NCBI GenBank assembly: GCA_010093995.1
Contig: ML992508.1
Location: 964,506 to 1,028,505 of the forward strand
DNA length: 64,000 nucleotides
DNA from: Elsinoe ampelina
Taxonomy: Eukaryota
Direction of reading: 5' to 3'
In this document: piece by piece, positions 34,841 through 47,480 of the stretch
Position numbering within the stretch: position 1 is the first letter of the stretch
Layout: every line of letters begins with the position of its first letter
Translations under genes and position numbers: made by a program
The notes under the pieces: generated by a model
Told to the model about the DNA's origin: nothing
Database searches by the model: none
The model's input: the letters and a program-made list of their open reading frames with translations, nothing else

Positions 34841-35462
34841 TCCTAATACCAGTGAGGTGAGGGTTGAGGCGGAGACATGTGAAAGAGATGGATGGTGGTC
34901 GAGGGTAGGTGCTGATTGGTTGGATGTGATTGGTGGTCGGCGAGATGTCGATGGTTGATTGTCAGGTTGACGAGAGGCGGTGAGCTATGAGCGGCAATCA
35001 AGAAGAGAGTCGCTGATTGCCTGGATGCTCTGCAGAAGCAAAGATGAAGCAAGCGAAGGAACGCGCAAGCAGTGGCGGAGTGTGGATGGAACAAGATATC
35101 GACGGTGTCGGAAAGGCGCAGGTGACGGAGGAAGTGGCGTTTATATGGACTGTGTGACTCGTGTCACATGTCAGCTACTAGCGGCGATAGTTGGCGGCAG
35201 GCAGACGTAGCGTTGTTGTAGAGGCTCAAGTGCAACCTTGCGTGTTCACTCCAACGTACCACTCAAATCACATCTCATCGCAATCCAAGTAGACAGCAAA
35301 CCAAATAGGATACGCCTATATACCAACCGTGCCAAACGCCATGCTTTCCAGGAACAGGCACAGAACTCTGTACAGAAGCTAATCATATTCCATTTCCTCG
35401 TATCCCTTTTCCCACACCAGGCCCAGCGGTCCGCAAGGCCAAAATGCACCTGCGTATCATCG

Positions 35463-38400
35463 TTACATCTTCCTCCCACTCGCCATCTCTCCGTAACGTC
35501 CTCTCTCTCTCGTCGTGTCGTACGCCTGCAATACCCTCGCTTGACTCTCGTCTGTCTGACTGAAGGCGTAGCCTCTTTGTTTGCGCATGCGCTGCACTTG
35601 ACGTACCTTGCGGATTGCTTTTTGGAACTGCTCCATCCTGGGATTGTTAGCGACAGTTGACGATGAGGGAGTGGAAAGACATACCTGGGTCTGTAGTCCT
35701 GGACGTTGTACTTCTGGATCTCTTGCACGTGATGGTAGCTTTGAGGGTAGTACATCCTCTTTGCATACTTCCAGGCAAAGTCTCGCAGGAGACAGATGAA
35801 GGGAAGGACGACCATCATGAGGTAGAAGATGGGACTGACGAAGAGTTGCGGGATCAGGTTCTTGTATTCGGTGCTGAATCCCAGTGCTGGTGCCGCATAC
35901 CCGTAGACGGGTAGGAAAATAAACCAGATAAGCAGAGAGCCAGGGATGGCAAGGATCGTATACTTGGTCCAGATATTGGTGATGAGTGCTGCTTTGCCCA
36001 GAGTAGTGACAAGGGCTGCAGTGTACAGACTTGTACCCCAGACCCAATGACCAGCCACGGTACCGTTGGCTTGCGGCAAGTCCCAGAGATAGATGACTTG
36101 ACCGACAAAGTAGAGGATGAGGGAATGGTAGAATCCGTTGGTAACCCAGGAAATGAAGGAGTGCATCTTGAAAAAGACACCTTTCTGCGAGAGCTGATAG
36201 AGCTGGGGGTACCGGTCAAGCAGTCGAGCTGACACATACTGGTCGAAGATGCCGAGGACGAAGGGAGGAAGGGCGGTGAACATGACGTTATAGAAGGAGA
36301 GCGTCCATGATTCGTAGATGACCTGACCAGAGAAGAAGTTCTGGAACGAATACCAGAATTGCGTCATGTAAAGCGCGGTATTCTTGTAGAAAAAGTACAA
36401 GATGACCTTGCTAATGCGCTGGTATGCCCAGCTGCCATGCACGAGAAGCAGCTTCCGTAGGAAGCGGAATTGCGCGATGGCTACATCAGCGGAGCGTGCT
36501 GCTTGCAAACCTTCCACGCCGGAGATACCGATTCCGATGTGGGCGGCTTGTATCATAGAGACATCGTTGGCTCCGTCGCCAATGGCAAGGAGGATAGCCT
36601 TGAGATGACGCTTGACCAGCTTGACGACCAGAGCTTTCTGCAGTGGCGACACACGACAACAGATGACTGCTTTGCACATGACTGCTAGGTCCAAGAACTG
36701 CTTCTCCATGTCACGCTCGAGAGCGTAGGTGAGAGACTTGCCATCGATGACCAGGGCAAGAGTCTCCAATTGTGCGCCAGACGAAGCTTGCGAGCGGATG
36801 GCGTTCAGCTTCTTTTCAATGTTGTCTCTTGTTGCGGCGGCGTCCGACTCATTGACGATCAGAAGTGTCATGTCTTCGCTGATGAGCTTGCAGGACATGC
36901 CGATGTTGATGGCAGTCTCCTGCCTGTCACCGGTCAAGACCCAGACCTTGATGCCTGCTGATTGCAGAGTGTGAATAGTCTCCGGTACACCGTCTTGCAG
37001 CTTGTCTTCGATGGCAGTGGCGCCGAGGAGGGTGAGATTATGCTCGATTAACTCGGAAGCCTTGTCAAGTTCATCGGCACGATTACCGCCCACGGTGGTC
37101 GATGCCTCTTGGAAGACCGTCCACCATTCCTGGAATTCGTGCTCTGGGATCTCCCGGACAGATAGGCAGAGGGTTCGTAGACCTTCAGCAGCGTACTCCT
37201 CGAGGTGTTGTAGTGTTGTCTCGACGATGGGATTGTTAGGTGCCAATCGCTCCAAAATGACCGTGTCTGCACCCTTGCAGTAACATCGGATCTTCCCATC
37301 GGGACAGCGGTAGATGGTGGACATGCGCTTTCTTGTTGAGTTGAACTCGCAAACAGCCAATAGCTCGTACTGCTCTTCGACACCGTTCGCCTCAAGCATC
37401 ACCATTCTAGGCTTTCGAGCTGTGAACTTGTATCCGAGCATGACAGCACCTTCCACAAGCGCACCTTCATCGGGGGAAGCAGCTTGATACTTGATGTGGC
37501 CTGGCTTTTCTGCGTTCGTCTCCGGAATGACAGTGTGACAGGTCGAGAGCAGGGTCAAGAAGTGCTTTATCAAGTCGGCGCTGGGATGTGATTGCATATT
37601 GGAACGGAGCTTTTTGAAGTCCCAGATACCGCTATCGTCGCCCTCAGTGGCCTTTCGGTCTTCAGGCACCTCATCTGCATATTGTATGCCTCCTATCGAG
37701 CATTGGCGAAAGTCCATTTGGTTGCAGGTCAATGTACCAGTCTTGTCCGAGAAGACATATTCAACCTGGCCGAGCTCCTCTACCAGAGAAGAGGTTCGGC
37801 ACGTAGAAGGAGTATCCGTCTTGTCATGGTAGATGTCCAGATCCGAGCTGATCAAGATCGCAATCCAGTATTTGATGATTTCGACTGTGACGAACAGCGA
37901 GATGGGCACCAAGTTTGAATACAGGATCCAGTAGGTGAAGAAGTCGCTGAAGAATTGCCATACAATTGACTTGAAGTCGTAGACGAGGTAGAAATGCTTC
38001 GAGGCGGCTGTATTACGGATGATGAGGTTACCGACGGTACTGATGATGCTGATCACGACCAGAATGCCACAAAGCACGAGAATCTGTCTGTTGACAGTAT
38101 GCTCAACATTGGTCCGCTTGATTGGCGTCGCGGTAGCGTTCCTCATCAGCTTCGTCTCGTGGCCGGTGAAGACTACGATACCGTGGATCCAGGGCGTGTT
38201 GCGGAGGGTTGCACCTCTCAGCAAAAGCTGCTCTGGATTGAGCGGCAGTTCCTTCTCTCCGCCTCCGCTTTGCATGGTCAAGGTCGCCTCATAAGTGTAA
38301 AGGCTGCTGTTTGGCTGCTCGGATCGAATCCTGCCTCCGAGCCTGGCGAGATCTGCTTGACCGACCATGTTGGCGGTCTCCGGAATGGCTTGCTTGATCT

Positions 38401-39535
38401 TGAGATTGGTCTCTCCGTCCAGATTTGCGGTTTCGATATAGCACAGACCTTCCGGTTCGGAGCTGGCCATGAGCACGATATCTGCCGGGAAGGGCTCCTC
38501 GGACTCCACCCGAACAATATCGCCTACAGCAACTTTGAACCATTTGGTCTCCTGGAATGTAGACCCCCGAAGCACTCTCGCGGTGGAAGTATTCAGCTCT
38601 TTATCCTGCGCTTTTCGCCTGGAGTCTTCGATTGCCTCTTTGATTGCCGACACAGCCAACACAATGAAGAGAGGCACAATCGTGGTATATCGGTTCGTCG
38701 GTGAGATGTTGGGTATTTGTTGAAGAATCGCTGTGAATAAGAAGAACAAGTTGGCGTATTTTGAAAATTCCTGGAACAAGAACTTGGGCAGGAAGGTAGC
38801 GAAGTTGTACTTTGCGGTCGAGACATGATTGTCGCAGTACTTGTTTGCAGCATTTGCTGGCGCATTGTTGAGGTGGATTATACGTGGTCCCAGTGTTGAA
38901 GGATCTGGCTTTCCTCTACCAAGGCCAAATTTGAAGTTCGACCCAGACAGCCGCTTCGTCTTGGTCTTCCCGGCACTCGTATCCTTTCCATTTGCTTGAT
39001 GTGCTCCCGGCTCCGTCAGAGGTAGATCCATCTCCGAGTAACCTGGACCCATTCCCAGTGTGTTCTTGACCCTGCCCATGAATCCCCCGCCCATACTGAG
39101 GATACTATTCCTGTTCGCACCTTGTCTCCGCCGTGGATCTTGCAGTCCTGGAACATTGTCGTCGTCGGCATCTCCTGAGCCATAGTATGCCTGCACACCC
39201 TGGTCATCGTGGATGTCGAGATCCTCTGAGTATCTTCTGTAATTGCCTAAGCCCGAGGTCTGCGAGTATGTCCGGTTCTCTGAGCTCAAATATGGCCCTC
39301 CCGCAGTTGCTTGACCAGGACCACCTGGGAGATGTGCAGTGGAATTTGAGCCGACAAAGTCATCGTACGAAGTGGAAGCCCGCGGTCTCTCGGACGAGTC
39401 GATGTCGTACTGGCGGAGCAGATTCGCATCGTTTGTCGGAGGTGGGTTGCCGCTGTTGTATTGATGTGGTTCGTCATAGTCTAGTAGATTGCCATTATTG
39501 GGTTGATTCGACTGGCCAGGAGGTCGGCCAGCCAT
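35463..39535 (-). CDS. DRS2: P4-ATPase phospholipid flippase Drs2
   Basis: complement(join(35463..35637,35685..39535)). Motifs NLDGETNLK, PISL, DKTGTLT, KGAD, TGD, GDGAND; spliced tail MEQFQKAIRKVRQVQRMRKQRGYAFSQ. Confidence 0.95.
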
Positions 39536-40256
39536 TGTCTATGTTGCGCGTGGATGCACCAGCGGCCGCCCTTTGAGAAAGACGAGACAGACTCTGCAGC
39601 ATCAGAGACAGTCTATCCGAGCGTTGTGGTCATCAGGCGTAAGCGTGTTCGTAAATGTGCTGGGGGCTTGTACGAGTACGCGCAAAGGATGAGGCTAAGC
39701 AGACGACAGGCCGCAGAGCTCCAGGCCTTGGCAAGCGTTTGCTCGAACACGCCGACAGAGAAAGTCGCGAAGAGCGTTTGACTTTGCAAAAGGTTCGACC
39801 AATGAGTCTGTATGATGGTAGCACACGGAGAGAAGATCCGAGAAGATGAAAATAAAGACAGATGCTTGTCCATGCACGTACGCTCGCATTGATGTCGACC
39901 CTGAAATTGTGACATGCAACTCGCGGGCAGAGCCCCACACGATTCAGAGGAGCTTGGACTTTGAACATCGCTTGACCATCTCGTATCACCACATCAGAGA
40001 GATATGCTACGTCTAGCTCTCCATCGCCCTATTCATCTACCTAAACCTCATCCAACATCCAGGCAATTCTGGTCACCATCTCGCATCTCCAATCCCCCTC
40101 CGGAGCAAGCCGGATACCTCGTTGCCCAAGGCCTAGTCATCGTCCTCGCTCTCGATCAGATCGCAGGCCTAGCACTATCGCAGCAATCTATAAGCGGCGC
40201 TCTTCTCCAGAAAGTGAGAGAGTGCCTATCCGGACCCGACTCATCCATCGCCAACC

Positions 40257-40716
40257 ATGGTTTGCGCCAAATGTCAGAAGCTCGAGAAGCAGACCAAACT
40301 CGCCACTCCTGATGTGAAGAAGAAATCCGAGCTGTACTACGGGAACACGAACGCTGCTGGTAGCTCGAAGAAAGGACCGACGCTGGGAAGCACGGGAATT
40401 TCAAAGGTGAGTCAGGCTTAATGCATTATTCGATGGTTTCTGATCTTCACAGAGCAAGCTACTAAGCAAAGGCGCGAAGAATCCCTACGCTTCATATGCA
40501 AGTGGCTGCGAAGGATGCAAGACACGAGTAGAAAGCGGCCGAAAGTACTGCCAGCGATGTGCATATTCCAAACAACGTAGGTGCATTCCCCGTCGTCTAT
40601 TATTACATCCTGCTGACACTCTACCAGTGTGCGCCATGTGTGGCAAAACCCTCACGTCTGGCGAGGCAAAGACCAAAGCGCCCGTTGTGTCTGGACAAAA
40701 GTTCACCGCTAAATGA
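40257..40716 (+). CDS. CRIPT: CRIPT family cysteine-rich protein (missed by the ORF track because of introns)
   Basis: join(40257..40406,40453..40576,40628..40716) gives MVCAKCQKLEKQTKLATPD...SKLLSKGAKNPYASYASGCEGCKTRVESGRKYCQRCAYSKQLCAMCGK...; canonical GT-AG introns. Confidence 0.9.
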
Positions 40717-40807
40717 TCTTCGTGGCATCATGCTGTCGTCTTGTATCTTTCGTGATCTTCCGCGGACCCTGCGCCAACCATGCTTATACCCGGATGCAAT
40801 CCCGAAT

Positions 40808-42103
40808 CTATGCTCTAACATACGCTGCATTGGTTCAGTATGTTGCAAGAGCGGACTCTTTGCTTGCACTCACCGGCATCAATCTTTGTGACCTGTGGCA
40901 GCGCTAGCCGCACCTTGTTGCGGTACAGCACTTCATTCTGCCTCTGGATCGGGTTACGCTCGAAGTACACCTCCGACAGACTGGCCTTGTCCTTGAGTGC
41001 TCTCTCGACTTCCTCAAACTTCTCAATCTTGCAGCCGCTAGCCCAGAAGTTCTCCAGCTTGGTTAGACGTTCGATACCGTCCAGAGTGCCAATCGGGTTG
41101 TCTTGCACATCTAGGATCTGAATATTGGGGTTGCTCTGTAGCGGCGCCAACGACTTGACCAAGTTGTCACTGATGTAGAGCTCCTCGAGTTGTGGCAGCT
41201 CTTCCAGACCCTCCAGATCCTCGATTCTGTTCGCCTGGATACTCAACGTCCTCAACGATTTGCAGGTCGACAGCCCCTGCAGCGAAGTAATCTTGTTCTG
41301 ACCCAACCACAACTGCGTCAAGCTCTTTAGCGTCTCGAGCCCTTCGATGACGCGGATACGATTCGCCCCCAGCTCGAGATATTCCAGCTTCTCCAGTCCT
41401 TCGAGTCCTTCGATCTTGCTGATTTTGTTCTGGACGAGGTAGAGATGGGTGAGGTTCTTGAGGTGGTCGACATGTTTGATGTGTTTGATCTTGTTGTATG
41501 AGAGATCGAGGCTGCGGAGGTTGGTGAAGGGGTCCAGATGGCGGATGTGGGAGATCAGATTGTCGTAGAGCTCGAGCTCGGTCAGAGTCGATGCTAGAGA
41601 TTCGGGCAGCTCTATGGAGCGGATCAGATTCTGGCGGAGGCCCAGACGGGTGAGCTTGGGGAAACGCTCAAGACGGAGAGAGGGTATGGAGGCGATGCGG
41701 GAGTGCTGGGCGTCGATTTCCTGGGAGCGTCAGTCGGGCCCCATAAGGGACAAGGGGGATGAATACCTCTGCCTCCGGATCCTCGTCATTCAGTAGATCT
41801 GCTCAGAATCAGCCCTGTCACCTTCCCTTCGTGGGCATTCCTACCCTCGTCTGCTTCTATTGTCTCCCCAGGCAACTCGTCCTCACTCTCCGCCTCTTGG
41901 TCTGAGTTGTCCACTGCGTTCCCATTTACTACAACCGCCTTCTTCTCCATCCTTAGCTTTCCGTCCCAACCTGTCCGGTTGCTATGCGGCGTGCTGGTCT
42001 TTTCCGACAACGGCTGTGATGACCTCCTGTCGCCTTGTGCATCCCCATTCGTCGCTTCCGAAGGAACACCCCCTGCCCCGTTCTGAGCAACCTGCTCCGA
42101 CAT
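40808..42103 (-). CDS. SDS22: PP1 regulatory subunit Sds22 (leucine-rich repeat)
   Basis: complement(join(40808..40824,40874..41720,41767..41798,41845..42103)). GWDGKLR motif, SDS22-type LRRs (LELGANRIRVIEGL, LWLGQNKI) and LRR cap YRNKVRLALPQVTKIDAAYVRA. Confidence 0.93.
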
Positions 42104-42544
42104 GATTCTTGGTATAGGGAGCTTGGGTTAACGCATCTGCAGCAAGTGGACGTGATTGTGGAAGTTCGGCCGCAGAGCTTCTAGTAGTATCTGAGAAAGT
42201 TCGTATCCAGAAAATTAGCTTCGTAAAGAAGGTCGCGTGAGGACGCTGTGGTCCTCCCCGCGAGCGGACCCCACGTTGACGGACAAGTACGGCGAGCCAG
42301 ATCTGCTCAAGCGAGAGAAAAGTCACGCCAAGGATATCAGAATCTCTTCCGCAGAAGTGACTCTCCACTCGTTACTTCAATTACACCTGTTCACATCCCT
42401 CAGCGACACACATACCCTCCAATACTCTCACGCTCAACTTCCAATTCTCGCCGCGACCCAGATCTCCCAACCACTCTCCCATCCTCCACCGCCCAAACCA
42501 CCTCTCCATCCCGACACACCCCGTAAGGGGCCCCCCAGCCCATC

Positions 42545-43276
42545 ATGGCCCGCAACTCCGAAAAAGCGCAATCCATGCTCTTCCGCTTCCGCGCCTACCA
42601 AGCCTCATCGCTCGGCATCCTCGACACAACCCGCACACGCCGCCCCAAAGCCGTCTCAACCATCGACTCGATCCCCGTCGCCGAACGCTGGCGCGGCACC
42701 ATCCTGAAAGAAATCTCACGGAAAGTCTCCAAAATCCAGGAGACGTCCCTGTCCGACTACCAGATCCGCGACCTCAACGACGAGCTCAACCGGTTGTTCA
42801 AGGAGAAGTGGGCGTGGGAGGTGCGTATACGGGAACTAGGGGGCCCGAATTATATGCGTGGTGGTGCGGTGGTGGATGCTGATGGGAAGGAAGTGCCCGG
42901 GGGAGGGAAGGGGTATAGGTATTTTGGCCGCGCGAGGGAGTTGCCTGGTGTGAAGGAGTTGTTTGAGGAGGCGAGGAGGCCGAAGGGGGAGGAGGGGGAG
43001 GAAGGACGGAAAGGGGGTGTGAAGAGGGTGAGGGTTGATGCGGGGTATTTTGGGTATGGAGATGAGGAGGAGCCTGGGCTGTTGGAGGAGGAGGCGAGGA
43101 AGGAGAGGGAGGCGAGGGAGGTGATGTTGGTGGAGAAGGAGGTGGAGGATGCGGCGTGGGAGAGTTTGCCGGGGGATGGTGGGGATGGGAGGGAGTGGGT
43201 GTTGCCCGGGGTTGCGGAGGTGGAGGCGGAGTTGTTGGAGAGGAGAAGGAGGAGGTTGTTGGATAATTTGGGTTGA
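42545..43276 (+). CDS. ISY1: Pre-mRNA splicing factor Isy1 (NineTeen complex)
   Basis: MARNSEKAQSMLFRFR, LSDYQIRDLNDELNRLFKEK..WE..IRELGGPNY, GYRYFGRARELPGVKELFE. Confidence 0.95.
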   Translation: MARNSEKAQSMLFRFRAYQASSLGILDTTRTRRPKAVSTIDSIPVAERWRGTILKEISRKVSKIQETSLSDYQIRDLNDELNRLFKEKWAWEVRIRELGGPNYMRGGAVVDADGKEVPGGGKGYRYFGRARELPGVKELFEEARRPKGEEGEEGRKGGVKRVRVDAGYFGYGDEEEPGLLEEEARKEREAREVMLVEKEVEDAAWESLPGDGGDGREWVLPGVAEVEAELLERRRRRLLDNLG

Positions 43277-43701
43277 GGTGGAGGATGGTGGGAAGGTGAT
43301 GGATGTGAGGCGAAAGACCTTGCCGGGACGCAGAAGGACACTCGTAACCTGAGCCGCAATCAGAGTGATGCGGACTTGGAAAGAATCCCGAGGTTGCAAA
43401 ACATGCAACATCCAGGTCTGACAGACCTGTCCCATATCAAAATCAAGAATCACGTTTGCAGCAGCATGGCAGAGAGGGTTGCATGGACATCGTCCCTGCG
43501 ACATCAAACAGCCACACAGAGAGGCTGGGAACGAGACACAATATGATACCCAATCCATTGATTCAACCGTACCTAGTCCCTAATCCTCCCTAGCTCGCGC
43601 TGTTTACATTTACAGTTGATGTGCGTGCCACGATACTTGCGTGGACTTGCGTGGCCAAAACACGCCAGATCCCAGACCTCGGAAGAATAAAATCTCAGAC
43701 A

Positions 43702-45393
43702 TTAGACTTGCAACTCCTTGCTCGATCTCCTCCTCCCACCGCTCTTTCTGAGCTCTTCGGCGTTTCGCTCCATGAATGACTCTCCCAAGCTACCTTGTCG
43801 TAATGACATGCTCGCTCCAAGTGACCCGTAGATCTCATTCTGTTCGATCTCCGGTGTTTTGACGTCTTCACCGAGTGGAAAGACAGGATCATCCCTGACG
43901 CTAGGACGAGAGAAGCCCGGACTGATTGGTTGAGACGAGCTGCTCGAGGATGTTCTCAGCTTGGATGGGCCCGGTCGCAGCGGTATACCTGTCTTTGCAG
44001 AGGCAGAGGCTGGTGGCGGCGGTCTGATATTCTCCGCAGGCCGTGGGGTAGTGACAGGAGAAATGTCCACGTCCTCGACATCCGAAGGAAGTCGATCAGG
44101 CTGATCCTCTCCTGCGAGCTCCGTGTCGGAAAAGTTAAAGACGTCTGGCTCTGGCTTTGCTGGTGCTTTTGAGATTGGTGGCGGCGTAGGCGGGGGTGCT
44201 GGTTTGAGACTCGATTTGCGCTCCGTAGCAAGCGCGGAAGCTATACCACTCATGCTGGGACGTTGAGTCCGCGGTGCAGTGTGAGATGACGTTTCGTCAT
44301 TACTGGTGAAGGCTTTGGACGTCGTGACGGACTTTGGACTCGTCTTCTCCTCGTCGTCTTCTGCGGGGTGCTCTGGTATTTGCGGACTGGTCCTGTCAAG
44401 GGCAAAGTCAACCCTTTCGACATGCTCAGCATGTTCGAGCTGATCATCGTGTGAGGCGTGAGCTGTGTTGACCAGATCGCTAGGCGCTACAACCTCGTCG
44501 CCGACGACCAAAGACACGCGCTTTCTCTTTGGAGTCCGTGCCAGCGCTGCCGGCGATTTGAGGACCGAGACTAGGTTCTTACTTTCCGACCCTGACGAAG
44601 AGGTCCTCTTCTCTAGCTTCAATCGTGTCTGTTTAGCATCCTTCTCATCCACAGGATCAGAGTTGGCTCGATAGAGACCAGGCTCAATAAACTTCTGTAT
44701 CTGCGCAAAGGCAGTCGGAGCAGCTGGAGTTGGGAAAGATGCCGGACCAGATGGCAACTTGTCTTCTCCTAGCTTTGTGCTTAGCAGAGGCAAAAACGAA
44801 GGCGTAAAGACGCCTAGGAGGTCTGCCTCACGCTCGCGGGTAGCTTGCGGATCTCTGAGACCATTGTCTGCGACTTGGGGTTGCGATCGAGCTTGAAGAG
44901 CGTCTTGCTTCTCTAAGCTGTCGTGTTCATGGTCCTGACCATGCTCGCCGCGCGTGTGATTGCCATTGGTGGTCGAATGGGACGATACCTTTGACGGACC
45001 TGCCGAAGATTGATGTGGTTGTCTCCCTGTGCCAGCATTTCTGTATTTTATGCGAGCATCTCTTTCAAAGAGCTTGAACTCTCTATCTTTTTGTTTGATA
45101 TATCGGTGTATTTGCTCGTCCAATTGTCTCCTCTTCGAATCGACTTCTTCGAGGAATGCATCGAGGTCGCCATTGACTTCTTGAATAGCTCTTATACTCT
45201 GCGCACGGTATGCACCTCGTGGTTCTTCGCGCTGTTGTTTCGAAGGACTCGATTTGGCACCATCGGCGAAGATACGCTCGGCCTGAGTGGTTGGTGGTCT
45301 GTATCCCTTTGTCGGTGAACTCCTCGCGACCTCATTGGGTTGGCCGAGGGGTAATTGATGCGGGGAGGGCATGGATGCCACGGCAACACTCAT
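43702..45393 (-). CDS. Hypothetical, largely disordered protein with an N-terminal coiled coil
   Basis: Intronless ORF from ATG 45393. Ordered-looking islands QLDEQIHRYIKQKDREFKLFE, LLGVFTPSFLPLL, KRKRVSLVVGDEVVAPSD and GSLGESFMERNAE sit in S/P-rich linkers. Confidence 0.75.
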   Translation of the reverse strand: MSVAVASMPSPHQLPLGQPNEVARSSPTKGYRPPTTQAERIFADGAKSSPSKQQREEPRGAYRAQSIRAIQEVNGDLDAFLEEVDSKRRQLDEQIHRYIKQKDREFKLFERDARIKYRNAGTGRQPHQSSAGPSKVSSHSTTNGNHTRGEHGQDHEHDSLEKQDALQARSQPQVADNGLRDPQATREREADLLGVFTPSFLPLLSTKLGEDKLPSGPASFPTPAAPTAFAQIQKFIEPGLYRANSDPVDEKDAKQTRLKLEKRTSSSGSESKNLVSVLKSPAALARTPKRKRVSLVVGDEVVAPSDLVNTAHASHDDQLEHAEHVERVDFALDRTSPQIPEHPAEDDEEKTSPKSVTTSKAFTSNDETSSHTAPRTQRPSMSGIASALATERKSSLKPAPPPTPPPISKAPAKPEPDVFNFSDTELAGEDQPDRLPSDVEDVDISPVTTPRPAENIRPPPPASASAKTGIPLRPGPSKLRTSSSSSSQPISPGFSRPSVRDDPVFPLGEDVKTPEIEQNEIYGSLGASMSLRQGSLGESFMERNAEELRKSGGRRRSSKELQV

Positions 45394-47480
45394 TTGGCTG
45401 CCCTGGATAGTTATGATTTTGTAAAACAAGTCGAGGGATTAGAATTCGTCATTTGTTACTTTAATCGCTGTGTCCGATACACTGCGTGGTGGAATCGTGG
45501 GCAATATGAAGGGAGCATTGACTCGAGAGTATTGATTGTTTTGTGAAAACAGTCGGATCCAATGGGTATATACAGATGGCCGATTGAGAGTGTGGTCGCA
45601 CAGCGAGTGTCAGTCGACAAGAAGAGCAGCAAGGGGAATTGATGGATATCGACCGATTGAGAATGCTCTCTCGGCTTGTGAAGTGGTAATGGTACCGAAG
45701 TAGTGCTCAGACGGGATCAAGCGCTGGAGCCGGGCGGGCGGGAGATGAGATGCGCTGGCCAAGGACTCGGGGCCAGTGTCGCGTGATGGTGAAGAGATGA
45801 TTGTGTTGTACAAGGGGAACCCAGGATGGACTGACCTGACGCGAATTGGAACGAGGGGGATCCCTAAGATGAGCAAAGCAAAAAAAAGACTCGAGCCAAA
45901 AAGACGATGGCCCCCACTTTGGTTCGCAGAGCTGGCAGTTTTTCGACTTTTGGTTCTCTGGTTCAGCAGAATTCGCAGCAGATTCTCCCGTCAGGTTGAG
46001 AGTCTTGCCAAACTCGGCCAGACGGCATTTTTGCAATCAACATGTGTCAGTATCACTATGCGTGCCGGCACGTGGGAGCACATGGAACGCAAGGCGCCGG
46101 GGAAAAGATCCCACGCAACACTCGGAGGATTCGCCCTGGCGCAAACAAGGAAGGTAGAGCTTGCTTGTCCCCAACATGCAACGAATCATGCGACGAATCT
46201 CGGTGATTCAGGGTGATACGGAATCTAGATGCGAGGACAGATGCGAGGTAGATGCGGCGTAGATGCAGAGGAACGATAGTTGACAGCTCCCCGCAACCAG
46301 GGCGCGCCGTAAGGCACACCGAGAGGCCCACTCAGAGGCACACCGACATTTCTGCAGAGGGATGCGACAGGGGGTTTTCCCTTTGATCGACAGAGCCGTC
46401 AGCAGCTCGTGATCAATCTTCCCGTCTGGTCGTTGCTCATATGACTTGCCCACGGACGTCGCTTGGTCGCAAACGTGTCAAGCCTGCGTTGGCAATCCTG
46501 TTGCACTGTACTTTTCGTCTCGGATAGAAGAGACGGTGATGATGATGATTACTGACCGGAAAATACCGACGAGGCCAGCATGAGGGAACAACCACATACG
46601 TCCTGGCGCAGAAGATGTGGTAGTTACCGTCGGGCTGGGTATCCCCGCGGAGGATGTTATAGTATGCGGCAAGTCGACGGGTCTTCTGCGGCGCCTTGAC
46701 AGACAGAGCCTCATCTCATTATTTGCAGGTGGGATGTGTGCTGGTGCTGCGTCTGCATTCTGCACCACCGGGCATTCAAGGAACTCTCCACCTCCTTGTC
46801 CGTCGGGCTGTCGTTCTTCTTGTATCGCTGTGATTTTTTCACCCCAAGATTAAAGCGTTGCTGAAGAGCGTTGCTGAAGAGCTGGAGCTCGCGTTCTCCC
46901 CCAGTCGATCGCCAATCATCGCCAACCTCATCGTGGCGGAAGGAGCCATGCGTTTGTCCCCGAGATATGGCATGTGAGAACGATGAACCATCAAGTCTCG
47001 ATTCCATGTTCGATGAAGGGAACTTTCCAGAAGCCTACTTACCCACAACTACCCGTTCGTCCATCAGTGCCCCAGTTCATGATGTTCTGTAGCGTCTCGG
47101 GACGATTCCCGTCCTCATTTGGATGCATGGCTACGCTTTGTGCCGTCATGGCTTGGTCCAGCTTAGAGGACGTCCTTTGCTGCCAGAAATCTTTGCCTGT
47201 TTGCGACTCCCGTCGACAGGGCACAGTCCTAACGTAAATCATCCCGCCAGTCTTCTCCCGCCAGGTAGTTGATCAAAGTCTGTCCTTACAATGATCCAAT
47301 TGATGTCACCCTCGCGCTTTACTTGACGGCTGGTGGCGTGGACTACTCTTCGCTGCCTTCAGTTCCATCTGCTGCAATCTTGCCGAGCCTAGACCTTCAA
47401 ATGTTCACATTCAACACTGTCACTCTCGCTATCCGTTTTGAGCTCGAAAATAGCCCCGGATCTCATTAGCACCACTCGCC

